From assembly GCA_964497775.1 (NCBI GenBank), contig CAZCEW010000002.1, positions 13,153 to 77,152 of the forward strand: a stretch of DNA of 64,000 nt. The letters are read 5' to 3'. Both the position numbers and the translations under genes were made by a program. The number at the start of each line of letters is the position of its first letter. Positions within the stretch are counted from its first letter, which is position 1. Positions 1-8,796 of the stretch are shown here, one piece after another. The stretch comes from an uncultured Rhodobacterales bacterium. Lineage in GTDB: Bacteria; Pseudomonadota; Alphaproteobacteria; Rhodobacterales; Rhodobacteraceae. The notes below the pieces were generated by a model, which was not told the origin of the DNA, made no database searches, and saw only the letters and a list, made by a program, of their open reading frames with translations.

Positions 1-1608
1 GGGTTTCGCACCGGTGCGGATGATGCGCCGTCGGCGGCTGCTTTGCGCCTGCAACAGCTCAACCGGCTTGAGGAACTCAAGCAACGTCTTGAAGAAGCAG
101 GGGCGCGCGCCGAGGGGGCCAAGCAAGCCCATGATGTGCTGACCAAGCGTTTGTCCGATCTGACGCAAGCTGACCGCATGGCGCGCGACGCGCGCAAGGA
201 GGCCGACCGTCAGATGGCTGAAGCCGCCCGCGCACTGAGCCGCGCGGAAGGTGAGAAATCCATTGCCGCAGGCAAGTTGGAAACTCTACAGCTGGCGGTG
301 ACACGCTACAAAGAGGAAGCTCTGGCGGCGCGCGAACGTGCGCGCGAGGCCGAGAAAGGCGTCACCGATCTGGGTGATCTCGACACCGCTCGCGCGCAGG
401 TCGAAGACGTCAGAATGACCGTCGAGGCCGCACGGATGACGATGCTGGCCAAACGCTCTGCCCATGATGAATTGCGTCGCGAAGGCGAGGCGCGGGTCAA
501 GCGTGCGCAAGAGATCACGACCGAAATCAACAGCTGGACGCACCGTCTTGAGAACGCTGAAAAGCGCATGGGCGAGCTGGAAGAGCGCAAAGAGACCTCT
601 GAGGCAGAGCTCACTGCCGCGACTTCAGCGCCTGACGAGATTGCTGCCAAACGGGCCGAGTTGGCCGATGCAATTGACGCCGCAGAGACGCGCCGCAAAT
701 CAGCGGCTGACGCTTTGGCTGAGGCTGAGACCGCGTTTCGCAAGGCAGAACAAGCCGAGCGTGACAGCGAGCGCGCCGCATCGGAGGCCCGCGAAGCCCG
801 CGCCCGTGTCGAGGCTCGCGCCGAGGCTGCGCTTGAGGCCGTCACTTTGGCCGAGGCGCGCATTCGTGAAGAACAAGAAACCACACCGGCCAAGCTGCTG
901 GAGGTCATCGCCACAGACCCTGACCAGATGCCCGCTTCCGAGGCGATCGAGATTGAGGTCAACCGTTTGAGACGCCAACGCGACGCGCTGGGCGCTGTGA
1001 ACCTGCGCGCCGAGGAAGATGCCAAAGAGGTCCAGACCGAACATGACACTTTGGCCGGCGAGAAGACCGACCTGGAAGACGCGATTGCGAAACTGCGCAG
1101 CGGTATCGCATCGCTGAACAAAGAAGGCCGCGAGCGGCTTTTGACCGCGTTCGAGCAGGTGAACACCAATTTCGGCGTCTTGTTCAAACATCTCTTTGGA
1201 GGCGGCGAGGCCAAACTGGTGATGGTCGAAAGCGACGACCCTCTTGAGGCCGGGCTTGAAATTATGTGCCAGCCTCCGGGCAAGAAATTGTCGACGCTGA
1301 GCCTTCTGTCAGGTGGTGAGCAGACCCTAACTGCCTTGGCGCTGATCTTTGCTGTCTTCTTGGCAAATCCCGCGCCAATCTGTGTGCTCGACGAGGTTGA
1401 CGCGCCTTTGGATGATGCCAATGTCACGCGCTTTTGTGACCTGCTCGACGAGATGACGCGCCGCACCAATACGCGTTTCTTGATCATCACCCACCACGCC
1501 GTGACCATGGCGCGAATGGACCGCTTGTTTGGCGTCACCATGGGCGAGCTGGGCGTGTCTCAGCTGGTCTCGGTTGATCTTAAGAAGGCCGAACAGCTGG
1601 TCGCTTAA
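1..1608 (+). CDS. smc: Chromosome segregation protein SMC, C-terminal part (truncated by window start)
   Basis: Long coiled coil, then LGAVNLRA, signature LSGGEQ, Walker [11 protein letters not shown] and ITHH switch motif. Confidence 0.97.
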   Translation, partial: GFRTGADDAPSAAALRLQQLNRLEELKQRLEEAGARAEGAKQAHDVLTKRLSDLTQADRMARDARKEADRQMAEAARALSRAEGEKSIAAGKLETLQLAVTRYKEEALAARERAREAEKGVTDLGDLDTARAQVEDVRMTVEAARMTMLAKRSAHDELRREGEARVKRAQEITTEINSWTHRLENAEKRMGELEERKETSEAELTAATSAPDEIAAKRAELADAIDAAETRRKSAADALAEAETAFRKAEQAERDSERAASEAREARARVEARAEAALEAVTLAEARIREEQETTPAKLLEVIATDPDQMPASEAIEIEVNRLRRQRDALGAVNLRAEEDAKEVQTEHDTLAGEKTDLEDAIAKLRSGIASLNKEGRERLLTAFEQVNTNFGVLFKHLFGGGEAKLVMVESDDPLEAGLEIMCQPPGKKLSTLSLLSGGEQTLTALALIFAVFLANPAPICVLDEVDAPLDDANVTRFCDLLDEMTRRTNTRFLIITHHAVTMARMDRLFGVTMGELGVSQLVSVDLKKAEQLVA

Positions 1609-1681
1609 CTTAGGCTTAGCCCCTTTCACGTACCGCTGATCCTTGCCGCGATCCATCGCGGCAGAAGGAGGTGAGACATGA

Positions 1682-1768
1682 ATGTTTAGGAATCTACAAA
1701 AGTGGATGATTGCGATTGCTGCGGCAACGCTGATTGTTGCACTCATCCAACTCTGGATCAGTCTGTAA
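1682..1768 (+). CDS. 28-aa hydrophobic single-TM peptide MFRNLQKWMIAIAAATLIVALIQLWISL (not in ORF track)
   Basis: Near-perfect SD AGGAGGTGA at 1666-1674, ATG 1682, TAA 1766-1768, followed by a terminator hairpin. Confidence 0.6.
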   Translation: MFRNLQKWMIAIAAATLIVALIQLWISL

Positions 1769-1785
1769 TGGCCTGAGAAAGAGAA

Positions 1786-1824
1786 GACCCCGCCAAGCAT
1801 CCACCTTGGCGGGGTCGCTTTATT
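1786..1824. terminator. Intrinsic terminator-like hairpin, possibly bidirectional
   Basis: gaccccgccaag-catccac-cttggcggggtc 12-bp stem followed by gctttatt; lies between convergent transcription units. Confidence 0.7.
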
Positions 1825-1922
1825 CAGTGAGACATGAATAAAAACCTACATTGGTTGGCATACTGCCTCACCCTTTCAAAAAAGTAAACGACACCGCCCC
1901 AACGTGGTTAACGCGCCTCGCG

Positions 1923-3095
1923 CTACAGTCGGTTTAGCAATTCTCGCGTGGGCCAAGCATCTGCGGGCAGGCCGAGACGCTTTTGTTCTTTCTGAACGGC
2001 TCCGCGTGTGCCTGCGCCTAAAATGCCGTCGATCTTGCCCACGTTATGGCCGCGTGCCGCTAGCTTCTTTTGCAGCGCTTTCATATCACGATCCGACAGC
2101 CCCGCGCTGGGATTTCCGGGATCAAATACAGGCGCGCCGGACAGGCGGGTGGCGAAGTAGGCGGCTGTCGTGACGTAGACAAAGCTTTGGTTCCATTCGA
2201 AATAGACGCGGTAATTCGGGTAGGCCAGAAAGGCAGGCCCGTTGCGCCCCATCGGCAAAAGGACCGAGGCTTGGGCTTGCGCCTGAAACTGACCCGAACG
2301 CGGCTTAACGCCCATACGCGCCCAGTCAGAGACGCTCAGGCTCGTGCCAAGCCCGGTTTTCGACCAATCCAGATCGGCGGGCACGGTGATCTCTTGCAAC
2401 CACGGCTGGCCCGCTTTCCAGCCAAGGCTTTGCAGCATCTTCGCGCCCGAGATCAGCGCATCGGGGGCGGAGGTCTTCAGCGAGACTTTTCCGTCGCCAT
2501 CACCATCGACACCGTTGTTGATGATATCTTCGGGCAGCATCTGGACCATGCCAATCTCTCCGGCCCATGCGCCTTTGGTTTTAGATGGGCTGAAATCGCC
2601 CTTTTCGAACAGCTCGAGGGCTGCAAACACCTGCGGGCGGAACAGATCGGGGCGACGGCAATCATGGCTCAGCGTCATCAGCGCGTTGAGCGTGTTGAAA
2701 TTGCCCTGCACCGCGCCGTAATCCGTCTCCAGCGCCCAGAACGCCAATAGCACGCCAGGCGGTACGCCATAGTCACGCTCTGCGCGTTTGAACACAGAGG
2801 CGAATTTGCCCGCGTTGGAGCGGCCTCTTTGCAGACGCGATTTAGAGATTACCCGGCGTGAGAAGTCGATGAAGTCGCGTTTGAACACACCTTGGCTGCG
2901 GTCGGCTTTGATGACTTTCGCGTCTTGGCGGACAGAGGCGAAGAACTTGTCGACCGAGCTTTTAGAATGCCCCTTGGCACGCGCCTCTTGCTTCATTGCG
3001 GACACGAAATTTTTGAAGCTGCCACCGCAAGCGACGGCGCCAAAAGCAGAGCCGGGCAAGAGAGCGAGCGACAGGCAAAGGGCAAGAACACGCAT
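1923..3095 (-). CDS. Lytic murein transglycosylase (MltB/SLT_2 family) with C-terminal peptidoglycan-binding domain
   Basis: Signal peptide MRVLALCLSLALL, WALETDYG, GAWAGEIGMVQMLP, C-terminal IDGILGAGTRGAV; start moved to ATG 3095. Confidence 0.92.
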   Translation of the reverse strand: MRVLALCLSLALLPGSAFGAVACGGSFKNFVSAMKQEARAKGHSKSSVDKFFASVRQDAKVIKADRSQGVFKRDFIDFSRRVISKSRLQRGRSNAGKFASVFKRAERDYGVPPGVLLAFWALETDYGAVQGNFNTLNALMTLSHDCRRPDLFRPQVFAALELFEKGDFSPSKTKGAWAGEIGMVQMLPEDIINNGVDGDGDGKVSLKTSAPDALISGAKMLQSLGWKAGQPWLQEITVPADLDWSKTGLGTSLSVSDWARMGVKPRSGQFQAQAQASVLLPMGRNGPAFLAYPNYRVYFEWNQSFVYVTTAAYFATRLSGAPVFDPGNPSAGLSDRDMKALQKKLAARGHNVGKIDGILGAGTRGAVQKEQKRLGLPADAWPTRELLNRL

Positions 3096-3148
3096 GAGAG
3101 GTCTCCGGGAAATACGCAAGCGGGGAAGGATAAGTTTAGCAGGCGCGT

Positions 3149-4063
3149 CTATATGATCAACGACAATAGGCCAAAGGCGATCAATGCGCCCCACCATGTT
3201 TTCCACAATAGATCAACGCCGCGCAGGATGTCGCCGGGGCTGATATCGTGGCGGCCTTCTTCATAGACGTAGGGAAAGTCACGAAGCTCTCCGTCATAAC
3301 TGCGCGGCCCAGACAGCGCGACATCTATCCCTGCGGCCATCGCGGCTTCAGGCCAGCCTGCATTGGGAGAGCGGTGTTTGTTTGCATCTCGGCGCACGAC
3401 CTCCCAATTGTCCGGCTCAAGCGAGCAAAGCACCATCAAGATCGCGGTCAGGCGCGCAGGGGCCCAATTGACCAAATCATCGAGTTTTGCCGAGGCCCAG
3501 CCAAAGTCTTTGTAGGTTTCGCTTTTATAGCCGATCATACTGTCGGCCGTATTGATCATTTTATAAGCCAGAAGGCCGGGTAGGCCCAAAAGCACATACC
3601 AGAAGATAGGCGCTATCACGCCATCGCTGAGGTTTTCTGCGCCGCTTTCAAGGGCTGCGCGCGCGATCTCGGGAGGGGTCATTTGTGATGTATCTCGGCC
3701 GACGATCTTGGCCACTGACTTGCGCCCGTCGCCAGTGCTTCGACCCAAGGCTTCGGCCACATTTGCGACGTGATCCACAAGCGAGCGATGCGCGATGATG
3801 ATGGCGATGATGATGATGTGCAGCACGGCCGGCAGCGGTGACAAGATCAGCCCGAGAAGGATCATCGCCAGCACCAAGCCCGCGATTGCCAAGGCACCGT
3901 CACGACGCTTCTGCGGGCCGGATTTGTCAGAGCTGGTATTATATCTAGCGTCGAGATAGCCAATCGCACGGCCCATTAAAATGGCCGGGTGCGGTATGCG
4001 GCTCCAAAGCCATTTCGGCTCTCCCAGATAGGCGTCCAGAATCATCCCAAGTGCCAGGATCAT
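3149..4063 (-). CDS. cobD: Adenosylcobinamide-phosphate synthase CobD/CbiB
   Basis: HP..LMG, IVGRDT, ESGAENLSDGVIAP, YKMINTADSMIGY, SPNAGWPEAAMA; start overlaps the cobC stop. Confidence 0.95.
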   Translation of the reverse strand: MILALGMILDAYLGEPKWLWSRIPHPAILMGRAIGYLDARYNTSSDKSGPQKRRDGALAIAGLVLAMILLGLILSPLPAVLHIIIIAIIIAHRSLVDHVANVAEALGRSTGDGRKSVAKIVGRDTSQMTPPEIARAALESGAENLSDGVIAPIFWYVLLGLPGLLAYKMINTADSMIGYKSETYKDFGWASAKLDDLVNWAPARLTAILMVLCSLEPDNWEVVRRDANKHRSPNAGWPEAAMAAGIDVALSGPRSYDGELRDFPYVYEEGRHDISPGDILRGVDLLWKTWWGALIAFGLLSLII

Positions 4064-5073
4064 GACAAAGCGGCCTCCAACCTGTCCCATTGATCGGGGG
4101 CGGGCAGGCCGAGGCGCAACCAGCGCGTGGAATACGGGAAAATACGCGACCAGATATGCGCGCGGGCAAGCTTGTCTTGCCAAGCTGCGGCATCGCCTGC
4201 GTCATAGAGGCGAAACAGCGACGTGCCGCCTGCAACACTCGCGCCCGCTTTGGTCATCAATGCATCCATTCTGGCTGCGTCCCCATCCAGCCTTGCGCGT
4301 GTCGCAATGGCCCATGGCTCATCTTCCAACGCGCGCGCGGCAATTTCAAGCGCGGGGCCCGCGACAGGCCAAGGGCCGAGCAGATCGCTGAGCGTAGCGA
4401 AGTGCTCGGTCCTATGCGTGCCGTCTTCCAGTCTGAGTCGCGTCGACGGTGCAAACACATCCGCGCGCGCAATCGCAAAGCCAAGCCTGAGCCCTGCCAG
4501 CCCCCAAAACTTGCCGAAGCTTTTCATCACCAGCATGCGTTTGTCCAAGACATCGCCGATCACGCTGAGCTCTGGAGAGATATCACAAAAGCTCTCATCA
4601 ACGATTGTCAGCATTCCGCGGGTCTTGGCGATATCAGTACGGCGGTCGCGGCCATCGGGGTTGTTGGGATGCACGAAGATATGCGTGGCCGCTCCGTCCC
4701 TCGGGTCATTTGAGCGCGCGATTCCGGCGGCATCAAACGCCGCTGCATGTTCGTTATAGGTGGGCGTGTCGATATGGTAGCGCAGGTGAACGCCCAGTTG
4801 CGGCATGCGCGCAATCAGTGCCGAGGCGCCGGGGGCTGCGATGATCTTTACGTCGTCTGGTACGTTCCAGAACTTGCGCGCGGCGCGTTCCAGCCGGGCC
4901 GCTGCGGTGTGATCGGGCAGGGCGGTCCAAGCGTCTGGCGTGACGTCGCCCAAAGGGTAGGGCACGGGGTTAATCCCGGTCGACAGATCAAGCCATTCGG
5001 CGCGTGTCCCGCCATAGCTTGCAATCGCGCCGTCCAGCCCGCCGCCATGATCGCGCGGCTTAGCTTTCGTCAT
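4060..5073 (-). CDS. cobC: Threonine-phosphate decarboxylase CobC (PLP, class I/II)
   Basis: DHGG..LDLSTGINP, HPNNPDG, VDESFCD, SFGKFWGLAGLRLGF. Confidence 0.92.
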   Translation of the reverse strand: MTKAKPRDHGGGLDGAIASYGGTRAEWLDLSTGINPVPYPLGDVTPDAWTALPDHTAAARLERAARKFWNVPDDVKIIAAPGASALIARMPQLGVHLRYHIDTPTYNEHAAAFDAAGIARSNDPRDGAATHIFVHPNNPDGRDRRTDIAKTRGMLTIVDESFCDISPELSVIGDVLDKRMLVMKSFGKFWGLAGLRLGFAIARADVFAPSTRLRLEDGTHRTEHFATLSDLLGPWPVAGPALEIAARALEDEPWAIATRARLDGDAARMDALMTKAGASVAGGTSLFRLYDAGDAAAWQDKLARAHIWSRIFPYSTRWLRLGLPAPDQWDRLEAALS

Positions 5074-5437
5074 CGGGCAAGGGCGGGTGGCGGCTGACGA
5101 AGTGGCCTTTGATCGGTTGAGGCCATTGGCGGTAAGGCACCGTGCCTGTCTCACTTTGCGCATGCAGGGCGGCATAGTCCACAATCGCGCCTGCGGCCTC
5201 CTCGGACGGATCGAAATTGCCGATTGTGTAGTTCAGCTTGCCTTGGCCCTGCACCACCACATTGCATCCATGTGTGCAGCCCATCAGGCAGGAATGGCGG
5301 CGGGTTTTGACCGTGTCATTGCCTTGCGCTGCGGCCTCGACCATCTCGGCCAGGCGCTCGCCATCGGTCGTCTCGACCCCGCGCGCGTCCCAATCGTCGC
5401 GCTTGCAAGTGTCGCAAATGGTGATCCAAGTGGTCAT
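5060..5437 (-). CDS. DUF1636 family Cys-rich protein (cobalamin-associated)
   Basis: ICDTC and CLMGCTHGC motifs, VPYRQWPQPIKGHFVSR; first gene of the cobC-cobD unit. Confidence 0.85.
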   Translation of the reverse strand: MTTWITICDTCKRDDWDARGVETTDGERLAEMVEAAAQGNDTVKTRRHSCLMGCTHGCNVVVQGQGKLNYTIGNFDPSEEAAGAIVDYAALHAQSETGTVPYRQWPQPIKGHFVSRHPPLPDDES

Positions 5438-5542
5438 GGCTCGTCCGTCAAAGTTGTGTCAGCGCTCCACATCAATCCTATTCTCGCAAAAGAAGCAAGA
5501 ACTCGCCTATGGGGTAATATGGTAGTATAGCGCTTGTGAAAA

Positions 5543-5557
5543 TTAACTCTTCGTTAG
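5543..5557. promoter_or_regulatory. CtrA-like site TTAA-N7-TTAG
   Basis: ttaa ctcttcg ttag, one mismatch to TTAA-N7-TTAA, in AT-rich DNA upstream of the receiver gene. Confidence 0.45.
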
Positions 5558-5649
5558 GAAAACAGGCGCAGAAGAATGACTAAGATGCGAACACAGTTGG
5601 GACGTGTTGCGGACCAGAAACTCGTGCTGACTGGTCGGAGACCTATAGA

Positions 5650-6006
5650 ATGAATGTGCTCATTGTAGAAAACGATGCCCGTCTAGGTGAAGTTTGGTGT
5701 GACCATATCGGTCGTTTCGGAGTATGTCCGAGCTTGGTGACCAATCAGTCAGACGCGGTCGAAGAGTTGCGCGAACAGAGCTTTGATGTGTTGATCCTGA
5801 ACCTTAACCTCCACTTTGGCTCGGCGATGGCTGTGGCGGATTATGCCAGCTACCGCCGCCCCGATATGAAAGTGATTTTCGTGTCCTCGGACAGCTTCTT
5901 CTCGGACGGGTCGATCTTCAACTACATGTCAAATGCCTGCGCCATGGTGCCCCGCGCGATGCCGCCCGAGGATCTGGCCGCTTTGGTTGACTATCACGCC
6001 CGGTAG
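5650..6006 (+). CDS. Single-domain response regulator receiver (atypical)
   Basis: MNVLIVEND...FDVLILNL...VIFVS receiver pattern; Asn at the phosphoacceptor position. Confidence 0.85.
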   Translation: MNVLIVENDARLGEVWCDHIGRFGVCPSLVTNQSDAVEELREQSFDVLILNLNLHFGSAMAVADYASYRRPDMKVIFVSSDSFFSDGSIFNYMSNACAMVPRAMPPEDLAALVDYHAR

Positions 6007-7280
6007 GGGCCGCGCATGATCTGCAATTGCGCTATGACCGCGCAGGCGCGCGAATAGCGATAGAATGGCACGTCCTTAGGGCAGCCATCTTTCCACTCGC
6101 CTATGTCGTGCAAAATGTCGAAGAAGAAGTTCGACGGCCCGCGGATCGCACCAAAGGCGCGGCGTTCGAAGTTCTCTCGCTCGATCTGGCCCAGACCCAT
6201 GCGCGCGGCTATGCTCTCGAAAAAGACGACGGCTTCGGCATTCAATGGCGAGAGCGAGCAGGTGTTGGGGTCGATCTCCCAAATCCCGTGTTTTTGCATC
6301 AGATCGCGCGCTGCGTCGAAATCACCCGTGCCATTGAGCACGCGCAGAAGCGTGAGCGTCATGGTTTTCTCAAGTACGGGTAGGTCTGTCTCCGGGAATG
6401 CTTCAAGCCCCGTCTCCAACATCTCGCGGACCAGGCCGACATAGCGCGGCGTGAAGAAATCCTCGTAGAAATCGTGCAAGCGAAGGCGGGTGTTGAGCGC
6501 CGGGTAATCGCCTTGCAGCCGATCCTCCCAAACCAATTGACCCACTGCCATTGCCGTCTTGGTGTAGTCTTTACATTGGGAATGAACGATCCCAGAGACA
6601 CGGTCGCACCAAGTCTCGCGATCAATCCGTTCACCGGCTTCGCGGTCTATGCTTGAGGACGGCACCCAAGCGTAGGTCTTGTCGCGCGTGTAGTCGTCGA
6701 AGTGCAGTTCGGCGGTTTGTACGAAGAACATCAGGTAGAGCACCATCCGCGCCTCGGCCTGTTTGCGCAGCTTACCAAAGGCTTGGTTCGACAGTTTCTT
6801 GTCCGGGTCCAGCAACGCGCGCAAATCGCTTGAAACATTGCCCGTCCCAAAGGGGCGTTTGCAGTTGATGCCTTCCGATCCGATATTGGCCTCGCTCCAC
6901 AATAGTTGATCCTGCGCGGTGGCCTCAAACGCGATGTCCTCGCCGCTCAGAACCTGTGCCTTGATCTCGGCATCGGGGATGTCCTCTAGCATCCACCCCA
7001 TTTCTTCTACGCTCGCCTTGTCATAAGGCGCGCGGATCACACCTTTGGGCGTAGGCAACGTCGCTGTGGTCAAAAACAGATCAATCAAAGCCTCGATATC
7101 GGCGCCCGCGTCCGCGATCTCGTCAAACTCGTCCAGATCAACCCCGGCGGCACCTGCCTCGGCACTTTCCCATATGACGTTGAGCGAGCGGATAAGCTTC
7201 AGCCCATCCGCGTCAAACGTCACATCGCGCGGGTCCTCATAGACGTCGCGCCAAGTCCAAAGGGCAGTTTTCTCGCTCAT
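5994..7280 (-). CDS. Hypothetical acidic protein, 428 aa
   Basis: Long ORF with protein-like composition filling the gap between two genes; no family recognised. Confidence 0.75.
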   Translation of the reverse strand: MSEKTALWTWRDVYEDPRDVTFDADGLKLIRSLNVIWESAEAGAAGVDLDEFDEIADAGADIEALIDLFLTTATLPTPKGVIRAPYDKASVEEMGWMLEDIPDAEIKAQVLSGEDIAFEATAQDQLLWSEANIGSEGINCKRPFGTGNVSSDLRALLDPDKKLSNQAFGKLRKQAEARMVLYLMFFVQTAELHFDDYTRDKTYAWVPSSSIDREAGERIDRETWCDRVSGIVHSQCKDYTKTAMAVGQLVWEDRLQGDYPALNTRLRLHDFYEDFFTPRYVGLVREMLETGLEAFPETDLPVLEKTMTLTLLRVLNGTGDFDAARDLMQKHGIWEIDPNTCSLSPLNAEAVVFFESIAARMGLGQIERENFERRAFGAIRGPSNFFFDILHDIGEWKDGCPKDVPFYRYSRACAVIAQLQIMRGPYRA

Positions 7281-7313
7281 CGCGCGTAGCTTAGAGCCAC
7301 GCTCGCGCCGAAC

Positions 7314-8288
7314 TCAACCCCGCCCGTGCGGCGCCATCCAGTCGATCACCGGATTGGTTGGGATGATCCGGTTGGGGTTAATTGTGTCGTGGCTATAGTG
7401 ATAGTGGCGCACGATATGGTTGAAATTCGTGGTCTCCGCCACGCCGTCCCATTGATAGAGTTCGCGCGTGTAGGCCCAAAGATTCGGGTAGTCGATGATC
7501 CGCGCGCGGTTGCATTTGAAATGTTGGTGATAGACCAGATCAAAACGCGCGAGCGTCGTGAAGAGCCGCCAATCGGCCTCCGTGATCCGGTCGCCCATCA
7601 AGTAGCGATGATCGGCCAAGCGCTCTTCCAACCAATCGAGCGTCTCGAACAGAGGGCCAATCGCTTTGTCATACGCCTCTTGCGTTGTGGCAAAGCCCGC
7701 CTTGTAGACGCCGTTGTTGAACGTGTCATAGATGCGCGCGTTTATCGGCTCGATCGCTTCGCGCAAGTCTTCGGGCCAGAAGTCGAGGTCATTGCCGGTG
7801 ATGCCATTGAATGCGGAGTTGAACATGCGAATGATCTCTTCGCTCTCATTGCTGACAATCGTTTCGCGCGTTTTGTCCCACAAGATCGGAACCGTCACAC
7901 GCCCCGACACGCCGGGATCAGCTTTGATGTAAATGTCGCGCGCAAAAGGCAGGCCGTAAAGCGTATCGCCCGTCGCGCCGTGCGCGTCTGTCTCAAACGT
8001 CCAGCCATCGCCTAGCATATCGGGATGCACGACCGAGACATCGATCAGGTCGCTGAGGCCTTTGAGCTTGCGGAAGATCAGCGCACGGTGCGCCCAAGGG
8101 CAGGCATAAGACACATAAAGATGATAGCGCCCGGCCTCGGCCTGAAAGCCGCTATCGCCCGAAGGCCCCGCCGATCCGTCCGCAGTAATCCAGTTGCGAA
8201 ATCCGGCGGTCGAGCGTTTGAACGCGCCGCCCGAGGATTTCGTGTCATACCATTGGTCCTTCCAGACCCCGTCCACCAACAAGCCCAT
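7314..8288 (-). CDS. Glutathionyl-hydroquinone reductase (YqjG/ECM4, Xi-class GST)
   Basis: GRYHLYVSYACPWAHR, TVPILWD, IVSNES, NNGVYKAGFA. Confidence 0.95.
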   Translation of the reverse strand: MGLLVDGVWKDQWYDTKSSGGAFKRSTAGFRNWITADGSAGPSGDSGFQAEAGRYHLYVSYACPWAHRALIFRKLKGLSDLIDVSVVHPDMLGDGWTFETDAHGATGDTLYGLPFARDIYIKADPGVSGRVTVPILWDKTRETIVSNESEEIIRMFNSAFNGITGNDLDFWPEDLREAIEPINARIYDTFNNGVYKAGFATTQEAYDKAIGPLFETLDWLEERLADHRYLMGDRITEADWRLFTTLARFDLVYHQHFKCNRARIIDYPNLWAYTRELYQWDGVAETTNFNHIVRHYHYSHDTINPNRIIPTNPVIDWMAPHGRG

Positions 8289-8407
8289 TGCGTGTCTCCT
8301 GTTTCAACTTGCCAAAGATGTAGCGCGCCATGCCCTGCGCTGTCTTTACACATCAGCGCACAGGGGCTGCGCGGTCGCAATTTGGATATGGCGCGGCGCT
8401 TATCGCA

Positions 8408-8436
8408 TTGCAGCAAGTGCGTGCGCTCCTTATACC
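8408..8436 (+). promoter_or_regulatory. Putative sigma70 promoter of the cob operon
   Basis: TTGCAG-N17-TATACC. Confidence 0.5.
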
Positions 8437-8442
8437 CGTTCC

Positions 8443-8547
8443 AGACGCGGGCCAGATCAGGCCCCAGAGAGGTTGGCCGCCCAAAGCGCTTTACCCATCA
8501 GGGAAGCCACGGGCCGCACGTCGCGCCGAGTTGCTTGGCCTGCCTCT
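8443..8547 (+). ncRNA. Candidate structured cis-regulatory leader RNA upstream of DUF6732-cbiX
   Basis: Closing stem 8443-8454/8536-8547 (11 of 12 pairs) enclosing nested stems; partial B12-element-like words GGGAAG and GGCCTGCC. Confidence 0.4.
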
Positions 8548-8583
8548 TATTGGAATTTGAATTGGTTGAGGGGGCCTCCGGCT

Positions 8584-8796
8584 ATGAAATATCTCGCATT
8601 TGTAACTGCACTTTTTGCAAGCCCCGCTGCGGCCCATGTCGGTCATCTGGGCGGTGCTGCGGGTCATGATCACTGGATCGCGGGCATCGCCATCGGCATT
8701 GCGGCTGGCATCACGCTTTGGGGCTTAGCGAAGGGACGCAAACCCGACCCTGAAGAGGCCGAGGAAGACGACGAGTCAGAAGAGGAAGTGGCATGA
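8584..8796 (+). CDS. Small exported/membrane His-containing protein (DUF6732-like)
   Basis: MKYLAFVTALFASPAAAHVGHLGGAAGHDHW, one TM segment, acidic tail; stop overlaps the cbiX start. Confidence 0.8.
   Translation: MKYLAFVTALFASPAAAHVGHLGGAAGHDHWIAGIAIGIAAGITLWGLAKGRKPDPEEAEEDDESEEEVA

Noticed and set aside
306-1541. Long antisense ORFs (also 22842-23702, 26303-27691, 52340-53284, 55145-56263, 57043-58083)
   Set aside because: They are shadows of well-supported genes on the opposite strand, expected in GC-rich DNA, and carry no protein motifs
4390-4460. Apparent short insertion in CobC after the PLP-lysine motif
   Set aside because: In frame and probably a variable surface loop; cannot be assessed without an alignment
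8194-8583. 200-aa ORF extending the DUF6732-like gene upstream
   Set aside because: It overlaps the divergent GST gene and the promoter/leader region; the SD and signal peptide support ATG 8584
8400-8583. Canonical cobalamin riboswitch call
   Set aside because: The core B12-box sequences are not present; kept only as a non-canonical candidate
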